Of a stretch of DNA of 64,000 nt, positions 51,479-61,980 are shown in pieces (position 1 is the first letter of the stretch; each line of letters starts with the position of its first letter). The translations under genes and the position numbers were made by a program. The notes beneath the pieces were generated by a model. The model was given only the letters and a program-made list of their open reading frames with translations. It was not told where the DNA came from and did not search any database. This DNA is from an uncultured Bacillota bacterium. Its GTDB lineage: Bacteria; Bacillota_I; Bacilli_A; RF39; UBA660. The stretch covers positions 30,168 to 94,167 of the forward strand of contig CAMBIR010000001.1 of the NCBI GenBank assembly GCA_945867665.1. The letters run 5' to 3'.

Positions 51479-52571
51479 TTAAGAAATCCTTTAGTTTTCT
51501 ACTTCTTGATGGATGTCTTAATTTGCGTAAGGCTTTGGCTTCAATTTGTCTGATTCTCTCTCTAGTTACACCAAACATTTGCCCTACTTCTTCTAGGGTT
51601 TTGCATGAGCCATCGTCAAGACCAAAACGTAATCTTAAGACTTGTTCTTCTCTTTCTGTTAGCGTTAATAAAACATCGCTAATTTCGTCTTTTAATAGTT
51701 CGTGAATGGTATATTCTTCAGGAGACATACTTCTTTCGTCTTTAACAAAATCTCCTAGGTGAGAATCATCTTCTTCTCCAATTGGTGTTTCTAAGGAAAC
51801 TGGGTCTTGAGCAATTTTAATTACTTCTCTAATTTTTTCAACGGGCATTCCCATTTTCTTAGCAAGTTCCTCATCAGTTGGTTCCCGATTTAATTCTAAG
51901 GTTAATTGTCTTTGATATCTAGATAATTTATTAATTGTTTCTACCATATGAACGGGAACACGAATGGTTCTAGCCTGATCAGCAATCGCTCTAGTAATGG
52001 CTTGTCTAATCCACCAAGTGGCATAGGTTGAGAATTTATATCCTTTATTCGCGTCAAATTTTTCAACGGCTTTCATTAGCCCAATATTTCCTTCTTGAAT
52101 TAAATCAAGAAAAAGCATTCCTCGACCAACGTATCTTTTTGCAATACTAACGACTAGACGAAGGTTTGATTCAGCTAAGATGTTTTTTGCCTCTTCGTCT
52201 CCTGCGGCAATTCGTTCAGATAATTTGGTTTCTTCTTCTAGGGATAATAAACTAATTCTTCCAATTTCTTTTAAATACATCCGAACAGGGTCATTGATGG
52301 ATAAATCTTTAGCAATGGTGTTATCTTTTAGGATATCTTCAATATCTCCTCCAACATCTTCATCTGAGTCATTTCCTACTTCTGATTCGTCATTTACGAT
52401 TTCAATTCCTGCTTCAATTAGGGAATTATATAAATCATCTAAGGAATCACTATCTAAATCTAATCCCTTTAGACCACTTGCTAGTTCTTCATAAGTAATA
52501 AATCCCTTGGTTTTTCCTTTTTTAATTAATTCTTCTTTTCTTTGTTCAAATGTTTTGATTTCTTCAATCAT
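51471..52571 (-). CDS. sigA: RNA polymerase primary sigma factor (sigma-70/SigA)
   Basis: 366 aa. Regions 1.2 through 4.2 are recognizable (region 2.4, region 3, and region 4.2 [29 protein letters not shown]). Confidence 0.9.
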
Positions 52572-54291
52572 TATTCTTCACTCCTCTTATTTTCATCATC
52601 TCTGCAATGATGGAAGCTTGTTTCATAGGGTCGGGTTCTTTTTTTAAGTCTTCATTTAATTTGTCGATGATATTTTTTTTATAATAATAATTAATACATT
52701 TTATATAGTCTTCAATTTCTTCCTTGGTATATGTGCTTTTTAGATTTAGAGTAAAAATATTTTGAAATGTATCAGCGACGTTTGTTTCGGTTTCTAAATA
52801 CGTGATAAAATCAGCGACAATGAGTTTTCCATATTTGTGATAATAAGCAATAATTTCATTGAATAGTCTTCTTTTTTTATCATCTAGTATCATTGAAACG
52901 GTATCTTCTGCTTTTAAAACGACATCAGGGGACTTAATCATATAGTATAACAAATTATCGGTTGCTTGTCTATATTGTGTATTATTTTTTCTCCTTATTT
53001 CTTTTTGAATGGGGGGGACAATACTTATTTTGCTTTTTTTCTTGTATTCTAAATAGCGGCTATTTAAGGTACTATATTCCATATTAAAACGGGTTGCTAA
53101 TTTTTTTAAAGTTAATTCCACTAAAATTTCATCTTTTTCTTTTAATAGTTCATGAATGATTTGATCGAGATAAATGCTCGTTTCTTTGGTGTCATTTAGA
53201 TTTTTTTCTTGGCTTAGAATGTTCATTTTGAAATCAATGACATTCATTGGATTTTTTATTTTTTCTAAAAAAGCAGCTGCTCCCCTTTTGATAATGAATT
53301 CATCAGGATCTTTTTCTTCTAGACGGATGATTTTTGTATCAACCATAGCTTCTTCTAATAAAGGAATAGCATGGATTGTTGCTAATTCTCCAGCCTTATC
53401 TCCATCAAAGCATAGGATGATATGGTTAGTGATTTTTTTTAAAATTTGGATATGACTTTTAGTAAGAGAGGTTCCCATTGGTGCAACACAGTTATTGACT
53501 CCGATGGTGGACGCTCTAATGACATCAAAATATCCTTCCATGATGATGATGCTATCTTCTTTATTTAATTTACTATGGGCTCTATGGTAATTGTATAAAA
53601 TGTTTCCTTTATCAAAAATTTTAGTGGCTTTGGTATTGATGTATTTGCTACTATCTTTGGTCTGATAAATTCTTCCCCCAAATCCAATTGGGTTTCCATA
53701 TAAATCATGAATAGGAATCATAATTCTATCGTTAAAGATATCTTTTTGTTCTGTATTTGTTAATCCCAAGTCAATTAAGGTATTTAAGTCGTACTGATTT
53801 AAAAGAAATGGAGTTAGTGGTTGTTTCGAGATGGAAAGTCCTATTTCAAATTTTTTAATGGCCTCACGGTTAATTTTTCTGTCTTCTAGATATTTAATGG
53901 CGTTTTCTCCTAAAATGCTATTGAGGTTATTCTGGTAGTACTTAATCGATAAAGACATGATTTCATAATATTTTGTATTTTTATTTTCTATTCTCTCTGT
54001 ATTTACTTGGTAGCCATCTTCGCTTGCAAGTAATTGAATAGCTTGTCCATATGTGATATTTTCCATATCAGCTATAAAATTAAAGATATTGCCTGCTTTT
54101 TTACAGGCAAAACACTGAAACATATCTAGTCTTGTTGAAACAGACATTGAGGCGTTGTTATCCGCGTGAAAGGGACAGAGTCCCCAATAATCCTCCCCTC
54201 TTTTCGTTAAAGGGATATATCTTTCGACAATTTCTTTAATGGGATGTTTTCTTCTGATTGCTTGAACGGTAGCTTCATCAATATGTGCCAT
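52564..54291 (-). CDS. dnaG: DNA primase DnaG
   Basis: 575 aa. CHC2 zinc finger [13 protein letters not shown]...CFAC. TOPRIM domain (EGYFDVI, DGDKAG). Confidence 0.9.
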   Translation of the reverse strand: MAHIDEATVQAIRRKHPIKEIVERYIPLTKRGEDYWGLCPFHADNNASMSVSTRLDMFQCFACKKAGNIFNFIADMENITYGQAIQLLASEDGYQVNTERIENKNTKYYEIMSLSIKYYQNNLNSILGENAIKYLEDRKINREAIKKFEIGLSISKQPLTPFLLNQYDLNTLIDLGLTNTEQKDIFNDRIMIPIHDLYGNPIGFGGRIYQTKDSSKYINTKATKIFDKGNILYNYHRAHSKLNKEDSIIIMEGYFDVIRASTIGVNNCVAPMGTSLTKSHIQILKKITNHIILCFDGDKAGELATIHAIPLLEEAMVDTKIIRLEEKDPDEFIIKRGAAAFLEKIKNPMNVIDFKMNILSQEKNLNDTKETSIYLDQIIHELLKEKDEILVELTLKKLATRFNMEYSTLNSRYLEYKKKSKISIVPPIQKEIRRKNNTQYRQATDNLLYYMIKSPDVVLKAEDTVSMILDDKKRRLFNEIIAYYHKYGKLIVADFITYLETETNVADTFQNIFTLNLKSTYTKEEIEDYIKCINYYYKKNIIDKLNEDLKKEPDPMKQASIIAEMMKIRGVKNND

Positions 54292-54423
54292 GACATCACC
54301 CTCTAATATTAATATTCTACATAAGTTTGTAATTTCCTTTTTTTCTTCTTTATTTTTTTAAAAAAGCTTTTTATTTGACACTTTTTTGACATTTTTTTAA
54401 AGGGAAAATACTGAATTAGTATT

Positions 54424-55449
54424 TTACTGAATAAACATACAATCTCCAAAAGAAAAGAATTGATATTTCTTGGAAACGGCTTCTTTATAGGCCTTTAAGA
54501 TGATTTCTTTGGAACTAAAGGCCGCTACTAACATAATTAGGGTGGATTTTGGAAGATGGAAATTAGTAATCAATCCATCAATTGCTTCATACTGAAATCC
54601 TGGATAAATAAAGATATTAGTCCATCCCGAACATTCTTCAAAGTGGTGATACTTTTTCATAATAGTCTCTAATGTTCTTGTGGTGGTAGTGCCAACGACA
54701 ATAATTCTTCTTCCTTCTTCTTTAGCCTGATTTAATTGCATAGCTACTTCTTTGGACATACTATAAAATTCACTGTGCATAGTATGTTTAGTCACATCCT
54801 CTACACTAACAGGACGAAAAGTACCAAGACCAACATGTAAGGTAATATAACAAATGTGTACGCCTTTTTTTTCTATTTTCTTTAATAATTCTTTGGTAAA
54901 GTGTAACCCAGCAGTTGGAGCGGCAGCACTACCTATATTTTTAGCATAAACGGTTTGATAGCGGTCTTTATCTTCTAATTGTTCACGAATATAAGGAGGA
55001 AGAGGCATAGTCCCTAGTTTGTCTAAGATTTCATAAAAAACACCTTCATATAAAAATTCAAAATGCCGTATTCCCTCTTCTCCTACAAAAATACATCTAG
55101 CTTTTAATAAGCCATCTCCAAAAGCAATCATTGTACCAACTTTTATTCTTTTAGCAGGCTTTACTAAACATTCCCAATTATCTTTCTCTAAATTTTTTAA
55201 TAGTAAGACTTCCACATGAGCTTTTGTTTCTTCTTTCATTCCAAATAACCTAGCGGGTAATACTTTGGTATCATTTAAAACAAGAGTATCTCCTTCTTTT
55301 AAATAATCAATAATATCTGAAAATACTTTATGCTCTAACTTACCTGTTTTCCTATCTAATACCATCATTTTGCATTTATCCCTTTTTTCACTTGGATGTT
55401 GGGCGATTAACTCAGTTGGCAAGTTATAGTCAAAATCGTCTGTTTTCAT
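54424..55449 (-). CDS. queA: S-adenosylmethionine:tRNA ribosyltransferase-isomerase QueA
   Basis: The QueA N-terminus [19 protein letters not shown] and typical internal motifs are present. I place the start at MKTDDF. The track ORF extends 21 codons further upstream to 55512. Confidence 0.85.
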   Translation of the reverse strand: MKTDDFDYNLPTELIAQHPSEKRDKCKMMVLDRKTGKLEHKVFSDIIDYLKEGDTLVLNDTKVLPARLFGMKEETKAHVEVLLLKNLEKDNWECLVKPAKRIKVGTMIAFGDGLLKARCIFVGEEGIRHFEFLYEGVFYEILDKLGTMPLPPYIREQLEDKDRYQTVYAKNIGSAAAPTAGLHFTKELLKKIEKKGVHICYITLHVGLGTFRPVSVEDVTKHTMHSEFYSMSKEVAMQLNQAKEEGRRIIVVGTTTTRTLETIMKKYHHFEECSGWTNIFIYPGFQYEAIDGLITNFHLPKSTLIMLVAAFSSKEIILKAYKEAVSKKYQFFSFGDCMFIQ

Positions 55450-55526
55450 TCTCTTCACTTCCCTTTTTTTACGTACTTTAGTATTATAACACAAAAAAAG
55501 AAAAAGAGACAAAAATGTTTCTTTTT

Positions 55527-55733
55527 CTATTTAATTCTTAATATTTTCCAAACGGTAGAAATTTCCCAACTAGATAGTTTTACAGGACCTAGTGTAGTAA
55601 AATAAAACGTACTGTTTTTGGTGCTACCATTGTGGCCACCTTGTCTTCCGGCATAAACATTAGTATGTTGCGCTCCTGACCATAAAACGATATTGCCAGC
55701 GATAATTGCTTTAGCGAAATCAAGAGAAATCAT
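55527..55733 (-). CDS. Small ORF, possible secreted peptide (hypothetical)
   Basis: 68 aa. N-terminus [21 protein letters not shown]↓QH looks signal-peptide-like. The putative mature part is [25 protein letters not shown]... An overlapping 48-aa ORF lies upstream in another frame. Confidence 0.2.
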   Translation of the reverse strand: MISLDFAKAIIAGNIVLWSGAQHTNVYAGRQGGHNGSTKNSTFYFTTLGPVKLSSWEISTVWKILRIK

Positions 55734-55852
55734 GACAATTAGAGCTATAGGGGACTAAGATGAGAAAGATATTTAGTAATGTATAGACAAATTTTATACT
55801 TCTTAAAACTTCGGCTCCTCCACAGGTTAGACCGTTACTTTCTTCTAATGGA

Positions 55853-58831
55853 TTAATTAAATTCATTCTTTTTCTCCTTTTCAATATCTTCTAATTTAAC
55901 ACTAACAAGTTTACTAACTCCGGATTCTTGCATCGTAATTCCATATAAGGTATTAGCAAACTCCATTGTTTTTTTCTTATGGGTAATTAGAATGAATTGG
56001 GTTTTGTTACGGTATTCGTCTAAATAGCGACCAAAACTTTCAACATTTGCATCATCTAAGGCAGCTTCTACTTCATCTAGTAAGCAAAAAGGAACTGGCC
56101 TTACATTTAGTATTGCAAATAATAAAGATATTGCCGTGAATGTTTTTTCACCCCCACTTAGAAGAGTAATATTTTTTAAGTTTTTTCCCGAAGGAATGGC
56201 TTCTATTTCAATTCCAGTTTCTAATAAGTTATTAGGATCAGTTAGTCTTAATTCAGCACTTCCTCCACGAAACATTTGATGAAAGACTTTTTTAAATTCA
56301 AGACGGATGCTTTCAAAAGTTTTTAAAAACTTCTCTTTCATGATGTCATCCATTTCTTTCATGATTTCTAAAAGGGTACTTTCTGCATTTTTTAAATCTT
56401 GTCTTTGAGTGTTTAAAAATTCATATCTTTCTTTTAGTTGTTTATATTCTTCGATTGCTTCTATATTAACATAACCTAGTGACTTGATTTCATTTTTTAA
56501 GTCTCTTACTTTTTCCCGAGCGATATTTTCTGGTATTTCTAGTTTGTAATTATTGATAGCGGATTCATAGGTAAGATTATATTCTTCTCCTAGGGAAATT
56601 AATAAGTTATCTAGTTTAATATCCATGGTATTTCTTTTGATTTCTAATTCTTTTAAGATTTTTTCTTTTTGACTAATATTAATATTGTCTTGTTTGGATA
56701 AAGCTTCTATTTCATTGATATGTTCTTCGATATTTTTCTTTTTACTGGTTAAAAGATTAATTTCTTTTTCAATATTATCGTGGGAAGCAATAGCGCTATA
56801 ATACATATTTAGCATTCTCTCTAATTCTTGGTCACTGCTATTTTCTTGGATGGCGGTGCTATTTTTAATCTCTAATTCTAAGGAGGCGATGCATTCTTGC
56901 TGTTCTATTAATTTTTTCTTTTTTTCATTGATTAATTCTTCACTTGCTTTGGTGTTGGTTGTTTTTTCTAGTACTTCTTGATTTAGAATATCTATTTTTT
57001 TATTTTGAGTCGTGAGTAAATTTTCTAGTTCTTTTCTTTTTTCTTTTTTGCTTTCTTTCTCTAGAAGACTATTTTCTAAATCATATTTTTCTTTGATAAT
57101 ATTATTTTTATTTTGGACACTTCCTCCCGTTATCGAACCTCCGACATTAATGACTTGTCCATCTAGGGTGATGATTTTATAGCGGTTAAAAATACTTTTG
57201 CTGATATTTGTTGCGGTATCAATATTATTACAGATAATAATATTCCCTAGTAGGTTTGTAATGATATTTTGATATCTTTCTTGATATTCTACTAAGTTAG
57301 AAGCAATATCAATGAAACCAGGGGTATTTTTTAATTTTTCTAGGGTTTGGCTATCAATGGTTCTTGGTTTGATGGTATCAATTGGAAGAAAGGTTGCTCG
57401 ACCTAGGTTATTTTCTTTTAAATAAGATATCATTTGTTTGGCATCATGAGTAGTAGATACTACTAAATAATTAATACTAGCAGATAGGGCTGTGGTAATC
57501 GCTATAGTGTGGGAATTATCCATGGTTATTAAAGAACCAACAATATTATGAACACCGGTGAGGCGCTTATTATTCAAAATACTTTTTACAGAATGAGGAA
57601 GGGAATTATTTTTTTCTAGAGAATCACGTAAATAGTTGATTTTATATTCTAAATTATTAATTTCCTGATGGTTTTTTTCTAGCATGATAGTTAGTTTATT
57701 TTTGGATGCTAATTCTTCTTGTAATTTTTGACTTACTTCTTTTAGGCGCGTAACTTCTTCTGCTAATTTGGCCTGTTCTGTAAAAATAGAGTTATTTTGT
57801 TCATTTAATGTGTTTTTTTCTATTAAAAGTTGTTCTTTTTTTTGGATTAAGTTTTCTTCTTCTTTGGATTTATCTATAGTACTATATTGTTCTTTCATTT
57901 TGAAAAGGCGAATGTCGGCATTAATTTTTTCAATACTTTTGGTTAGTTCTATTAAAGTATTTTGCTCTTCTCTTAATTTTTCTTCTAATTTTTTCTGTTC
58001 ATCTTTTTTTTCTAAGAGTTCGATGTCGTAAGTGGAATGTGTGGTAGATAGTTTGACTACTTCATCTTTTAGGGTGTTGATTTTTTCAGCGAGTATTTTT
58101 TCTTCGTGGGTTAATTTGGTGATATCAGATGCGATTAGGGAGATATTTAAGTTAGAGAGAATGTCTTTTACTTCGAGGTATTTGGTTGCGTCCTTACTTT
58201 GACGCTCTAGAGGGGTAAGATTGTTTTCTAATTCATTAATGATATCATTTACTCGATTGAGGTTTAGATTGGTTCTTTCTAATTTTTTGACGGCTTCTTC
58301 TTTTCTTTTTTTGTATTTCATAACCCCGGCAGCACTTTCAAAGACACCTCTTCTATCGGCTGGTTTTGTGGATAAGATTTCGTCGATTTTTCCTTGAGAA
58401 ATGATGTTGAAGCTTTCTTTGTCGGCTCCTGTGTCAGTTAAGAGATTGGTAATATCTTTTAGTCTACATTTTTCATTGTTTAAATAATATTCATTTTCAC
58501 CGCTACGATAGATGACTCTTTTTACGGATACTTCTGTATATTGAATGGGAAGGTAGAGGTCGGTATTATCAAATATTAAGGTTACAGAGGCACTGTTTAG
58601 TGGTTTTCTGCTTTTGCTTCCTGAGAAGATAATATCAGTTGCAGTCTCTCCTCTTAATGATTTCATTGATTGTTCTCCTAGTACCCATCTTACGGCATCA
58701 ACAACGTTGGACTTTCCACTTCCATTTGGGCCTACAATTCCATTGATATTTTTTTCAAAATTAATTTCTATTTTATCGGCAAAGGATTTAAAACCGTATG
58801 CTTTTATTGTTTTTAAATACATCTTTATCAC
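55853..58831 (-). CDS. smc: Chromosome partition protein SMC (short form, 992 aa)
   Basis: N-terminal Walker A GPNGSGKSNVVDAV, long coiled coils, a hinge, a C-terminal signature LSGGEK and Walker B LLDEVEAALD. Confidence 0.85.
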   Translation of the reverse strand: MIKMYLKTIKAYGFKSFADKIEINFEKNINGIVGPNGSGKSNVVDAVRWVLGEQSMKSLRGETATDIIFSGSKSRKPLNSASVTLIFDNTDLYLPIQYTEVSVKRVIYRSGENEYYLNNEKCRLKDITNLLTDTGADKESFNIISQGKIDEILSTKPADRRGVFESAAGVMKYKKRKEEAVKKLERTNLNLNRVNDIINELENNLTPLERQSKDATKYLEVKDILSNLNISLIASDITKLTHEEKILAEKINTLKDEVVKLSTTHSTYDIELLEKKDEQKKLEEKLREEQNTLIELTKSIEKINADIRLFKMKEQYSTIDKSKEEENLIQKKEQLLIEKNTLNEQNNSIFTEQAKLAEEVTRLKEVSQKLQEELASKNKLTIMLEKNHQEINNLEYKINYLRDSLEKNNSLPHSVKSILNNKRLTGVHNIVGSLITMDNSHTIAITTALSASINYLVVSTTHDAKQMISYLKENNLGRATFLPIDTIKPRTIDSQTLEKLKNTPGFIDIASNLVEYQERYQNIITNLLGNIIICNNIDTATNISKSIFNRYKIITLDGQVINVGGSITGGSVQNKNNIIKEKYDLENSLLEKESKKEKRKELENLLTTQNKKIDILNQEVLEKTTNTKASEELINEKKKKLIEQQECIASLELEIKNSTAIQENSSDQELERMLNMYYSAIASHDNIEKEINLLTSKKKNIEEHINEIEALSKQDNINISQKEKILKELEIKRNTMDIKLDNLLISLGEEYNLTYESAINNYKLEIPENIAREKVRDLKNEIKSLGYVNIEAIEEYKQLKERYEFLNTQRQDLKNAESTLLEIMKEMDDIMKEKFLKTFESIRLEFKKVFHQMFRGGSAELRLTDPNNLLETGIEIEAIPSGKNLKNITLLSGGEKTFTAISLLFAILNVRPVPFCLLDEVEAALDDANVESFGRYLDEYRNKTQFILITHKKKTMEFANTLYGITMQESGVSKLVSVKLEDIEKEKKNEFN

Positions 58832-59088
58832 TCTCTTACATCTTGTTTTAGTATAGCTTATTTTTTAGGGTTTTACAAGTTAGTTACTTTTTTGTGAATT
58901 ATTACAATGGGTAGATGATGCTTTTTTGTTATAAATAATACTGATAAGTATTTTTTTAGTGTTATTGAAAAATACTAAGAAAAAGATTATAGATATTTTT
59001 CTTCATTATTTTTATATTTATCGTTTTAATCTTTTGATAGTTGTTTGCTTTTTACTGGTTTTTTTGTTTATCTATTATAACTTAATGT

Positions 59089-60882
59089 TTATGATTTTTC
59101 TACTTCATTTAAAATGTTTTTTAAGTTAGTAGCGACTTCTTTTGGTAGGATTTCTGAAAGAGAATCAAGGTTTGCTTCTTTGATATTGGCAATGGTATGA
59201 TATTTTTTTAGTAACTTATTTCTTCTTACTTCTCCTATTCCTTCGATGTTATCTAGAATACTAGAAAGAGAGCCTTTGCTTCTGATTTGACGATGATAAT
59301 TAATGGTAAAGTTATGTACTTCATCTTGCATTTTGGTTAGTAGTAAGAAAAGACTACTTTTTTTATCGATGGGGATGATTTGGATGGGATTTTTGCCGAT
59401 TAATTCAGAAGTATTATGCTTATCGTTTTTCTTTAAGCCAGCGGTTGGAATATCTAGGTTAAGAGAGGATAAGACTTCTCTTGCAACATTTAATTGCCCT
59501 AATCCTCCATCAACAATGATAAGATCTGGTTTTTCTAGTTTATCTTTTAGTACACGAAAATATCTTCTATAAATTACTTCTCTCATGGTACCATAATCGT
59601 CATTTACTTCTTTTGTGATTTTAAATTTTCGATATTCTCCTTTAGCGGGAAGGCCATCAATGAAGACTACCATTCCTGAGACGTTGAAGTTTCCAAAGAG
59701 GTTGGAATTATCAAATAGTTCAATTCTTCTTATTTCTTTTATTTCTAAAAGGTTTGATAATTCATCTAAGGCTTGTTTTGTTAGTTTTTCATTTCTTTCT
59801 ACAAGTGTTAATTGTTCAGATAAGTAGTTTTTGGCGTTTTCTGTTGCTAAATCGAGCATTTTTTTCTTTTTTCCTTTTTGAGGGGTAATAAATTTTAGTT
59901 GAAATGCTTCTTCTAAAAGGTCTTTATCGACAATGGATGGAACAATTACTTCGTGAGGTTTTACTTTATGTTTATCGTAGAATTTAGAAATATAGGTCAT
60001 TATTTCTTCTTCTAGGGTATCAATCATTGGGTAGAGATTACTTTGATGGTCTAATAGTTTTCCTCCACGGATAAAGAGAAGATGGATAGATAGATAACCA
60101 TTTTTTGTATAATAGCCAATGATATCTCTATTGTAGTTATCGTCTAGTTCTACTTTTTGCTTTTCTAAAGTTACTTTAATATAGTCGAGGAGTTCTTTAT
60201 ATTCTTTGGCTTTTTCGAATTGAAGTTTATTCGCGGATGCCGTCATTTTTTCTTTTAATTTGTCTGTGATAATTTTATGATTTCCATTTAAAAATGAAAT
60301 AATTTCATTTTTCACCTCTTGCATGATTTTTCCATCTATTTTATTTTCACAGTAGCCTAAACATTCTCCTATGTGATAGTATAGACAAACTTTTTTTTCG
60401 TAATTTTTACATTTTCTTAAGGGATAGATTCGATTAATCATGTCCACTACTTTTCTAGCGGCGGTAACATTAGGAAATGGGCCAAATAATTTTTTGCTTT
60501 TGGTCTTTTTGATATTGGGGTTTCTTACGATGGAAAGGCGGAAATATTTTTCGTTGGTAATTTCAATATAAGGATAGGTTTTGTCATCTCTTAAGAGAAT
60601 GTTATATTTAGGATCATATTTTTTGATTAGGTTAATTTCTAGGAGTAAGGCTTCTAGGTTTGATGAGGTTAGAATGTATTCGAAGTCTGTGATATCTCTT
60701 ACTAACATGGCTGTTTTTCCTGTATGTGTAGATTTAAAGTAAGAAGTTAATCTATTTTTTAAGTTTTTTGATTTTCCTACGTAGATGATGATGCCATTTT
60801 TATCTTTCATTAGATAACATCCTGGGTGATGAGGGACAAGGCTTAATTTTTGGTCAATCATTGGTATCTCTCCAAACTTCAT
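59089..60882 (-). CDS. uvrC: Excinuclease ABC subunit C UvrC
   Basis: 597 aa. GIY-YIG domain (PGCYLMKDKNGIIIYVGKSKNLKNRL), a UvrB-interacting region, an RNase H-like endonuclease domain and a C-terminal HhH. Confidence 0.9.
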   Translation of the reverse strand: MKFGEIPMIDQKLSLVPHHPGCYLMKDKNGIIIYVGKSKNLKNRLTSYFKSTHTGKTAMLVRDITDFEYILTSSNLEALLLEINLIKKYDPKYNILLRDDKTYPYIEITNEKYFRLSIVRNPNIKKTKSKKLFGPFPNVTAARKVVDMINRIYPLRKCKNYEKKVCLYYHIGECLGYCENKIDGKIMQEVKNEIISFLNGNHKIITDKLKEKMTASANKLQFEKAKEYKELLDYIKVTLEKQKVELDDNYNRDIIGYYTKNGYLSIHLLFIRGGKLLDHQSNLYPMIDTLEEEIMTYISKFYDKHKVKPHEVIVPSIVDKDLLEEAFQLKFITPQKGKKKKMLDLATENAKNYLSEQLTLVERNEKLTKQALDELSNLLEIKEIRRIELFDNSNLFGNFNVSGMVVFIDGLPAKGEYRKFKITKEVNDDYGTMREVIYRRYFRVLKDKLEKPDLIIVDGGLGQLNVAREVLSSLNLDIPTAGLKKNDKHNTSELIGKNPIQIIPIDKKSSLFLLLTKMQDEVHNFTINYHRQIRSKGSLSSILDNIEGIGEVRRNKLLKKYHTIANIKEANLDSLSEILPKEVATNLKNILNEVEKS

Positions 60883-61714
60883 ACCAAGATTTTAATTTAG
60901 AAAGCCCTACTCCACTGATACTTTTGATGGTGTTCCAAGTAAGAGAAAAACTTTTTTTCATTTCTTTTAAATCTTCTTTGGCTGTTTTACATCCTTCTTC
61001 ATTGTTTTTGCATAAATTAGTTGTAATTTCTAAATAAGTTGTCATTGCTTTTTCTTTGGCTTTGCTATATATTTTAGTGGAAGTATCTTTGATTTCTTCT
61101 TTATAATTTGGGTATTTTTCTTCTATTTTGGTATCAATTGTATAAAAAAGTTTTAGGAATTTTAATTTTGCTTCATCTGATAGACTATCGAAAGTTTTTC
61201 CTTTAATGGTTCCATTATAAAAGAGAAAATCTACGACTTGAATAAAATTTGCTTTGATTTTTTCAGTGATGGTTTGATTTTGGTCGATTTCTTGATTGAG
61301 TTCTTCTAAGTAGGAAATGGCCTCTTCAGGAGGATTGGTTAGATTATTAGTTGATGGTGTAGATATGGATGATGTTGAATCTATAGGGCTATTATCCGTT
61401 GCTTCATCTTCGATGGTTAGATTAATATTTTTGTTTAATTTTTTTAGATTAGTGAAATTCCCTTCGATGGGGTTTTTCTTTTTGATTGTATGGCAATCAA
61501 AGGAAATTTGATCACCAATTTCGTATTTTTTTTGGGTATTGATTTTATATTCTTGGTTATTTTCAGTGACGGCTAAAAGATAGTTATTTCCTTGATAAGA
61601 CACTGTTGCATAGATGGTTGTAATTGTTTTTTTATTTTTTATAAAGAGTACTGATAGAGATAATACTAAAATGAATAGTATTATTAATAATATATATATC
61701 TTTTTTTTCATCAT
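60854..61714 (-). CDS. Hypothetical secreted/membrane-anchored protein
   Basis: 286 aa. N-terminal signal anchor IYILLIILFILVLSLSVLFI. S/T-rich linker. Confidence 0.3.
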   Translation of the reverse strand: MMKKKIYILLIILFILVLSLSVLFIKNKKTITTIYATVSYQGNNYLLAVTENNQEYKINTQKKYEIGDQISFDCHTIKKKNPIEGNFTNLKKLNKNINLTIEDEATDNSPIDSTSSISTPSTNNLTNPPEEAISYLEELNQEIDQNQTITEKIKANFIQVVDFLFYNGTIKGKTFDSLSDEAKLKFLKLFYTIDTKIEEKYPNYKEEIKDTSTKIYSKAKEKAMTTYLEITTNLCKNNEEGCKTAKEDLKEMKKSFSLTWNTIKSISGVGLSKLKSWYEVWRDTND

Positions 61715-61802
61715 ATATTTCCTTTCTTTATTCTTATTATACTAATATTTTATTTAATTTGAAAGTGGGGATAAAAAAATTTTCAAATTTTTAAATTTAT
61801 AC

Positions 61803-61831
61803 TTGACAAAAGTAAGGTTATCGCTTAAGAT
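61803..61831 (+). promoter_or_regulatory. Orphan sigma-A-like promoter (TTGACA, 17-nt spacer, TAAGAT) facing a short structured transcript
   Basis: TTGACA at 61803-61808 and TAAGAT at 61826-61831. No + strand ORF follows. Confidence 0.35.
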
Positions 61832-61837
61832 ATAAAT

Positions 61838-61938
61838 CACCAATTCAAATTTTGTATGAATTGGTGCTAGTATCACACTAGCCAACCCTTTTTATTCTTT
61901 TTGGGAGACTGTCCACAGGGGAACAGTCTCTTTGTTTT
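61838..61938 (+). ncRNA. Candidate ~100-nt small RNA (unclassified) with 5' hairpin and intrinsic terminator
   Basis: A 10-bp stem CACCAATTCA-(9 nt)-TGAATTGGTG at 61838-61866. A short CTAGT...ACTAG hairpin. A terminator GAGACTGT-CCACAGGGGA-ACAGTCTC (61905-61930) followed by TTTGTTTTT. Confidence 0.3.
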
Positions 61939-61980
61939 TGTTAAGAAAAGTATCAGCTAGTTTGTAGCTGGTACTTTTTA

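Noticed and set aside
55853-58831. SMC of only 992 aa might be a truncated pseudogene.
   Set aside because: Both head domains (Walker A, signature LSGGEK, Walker B) and the hinge are intact. The shorter coiled coils fit a reduced-genome lineage.
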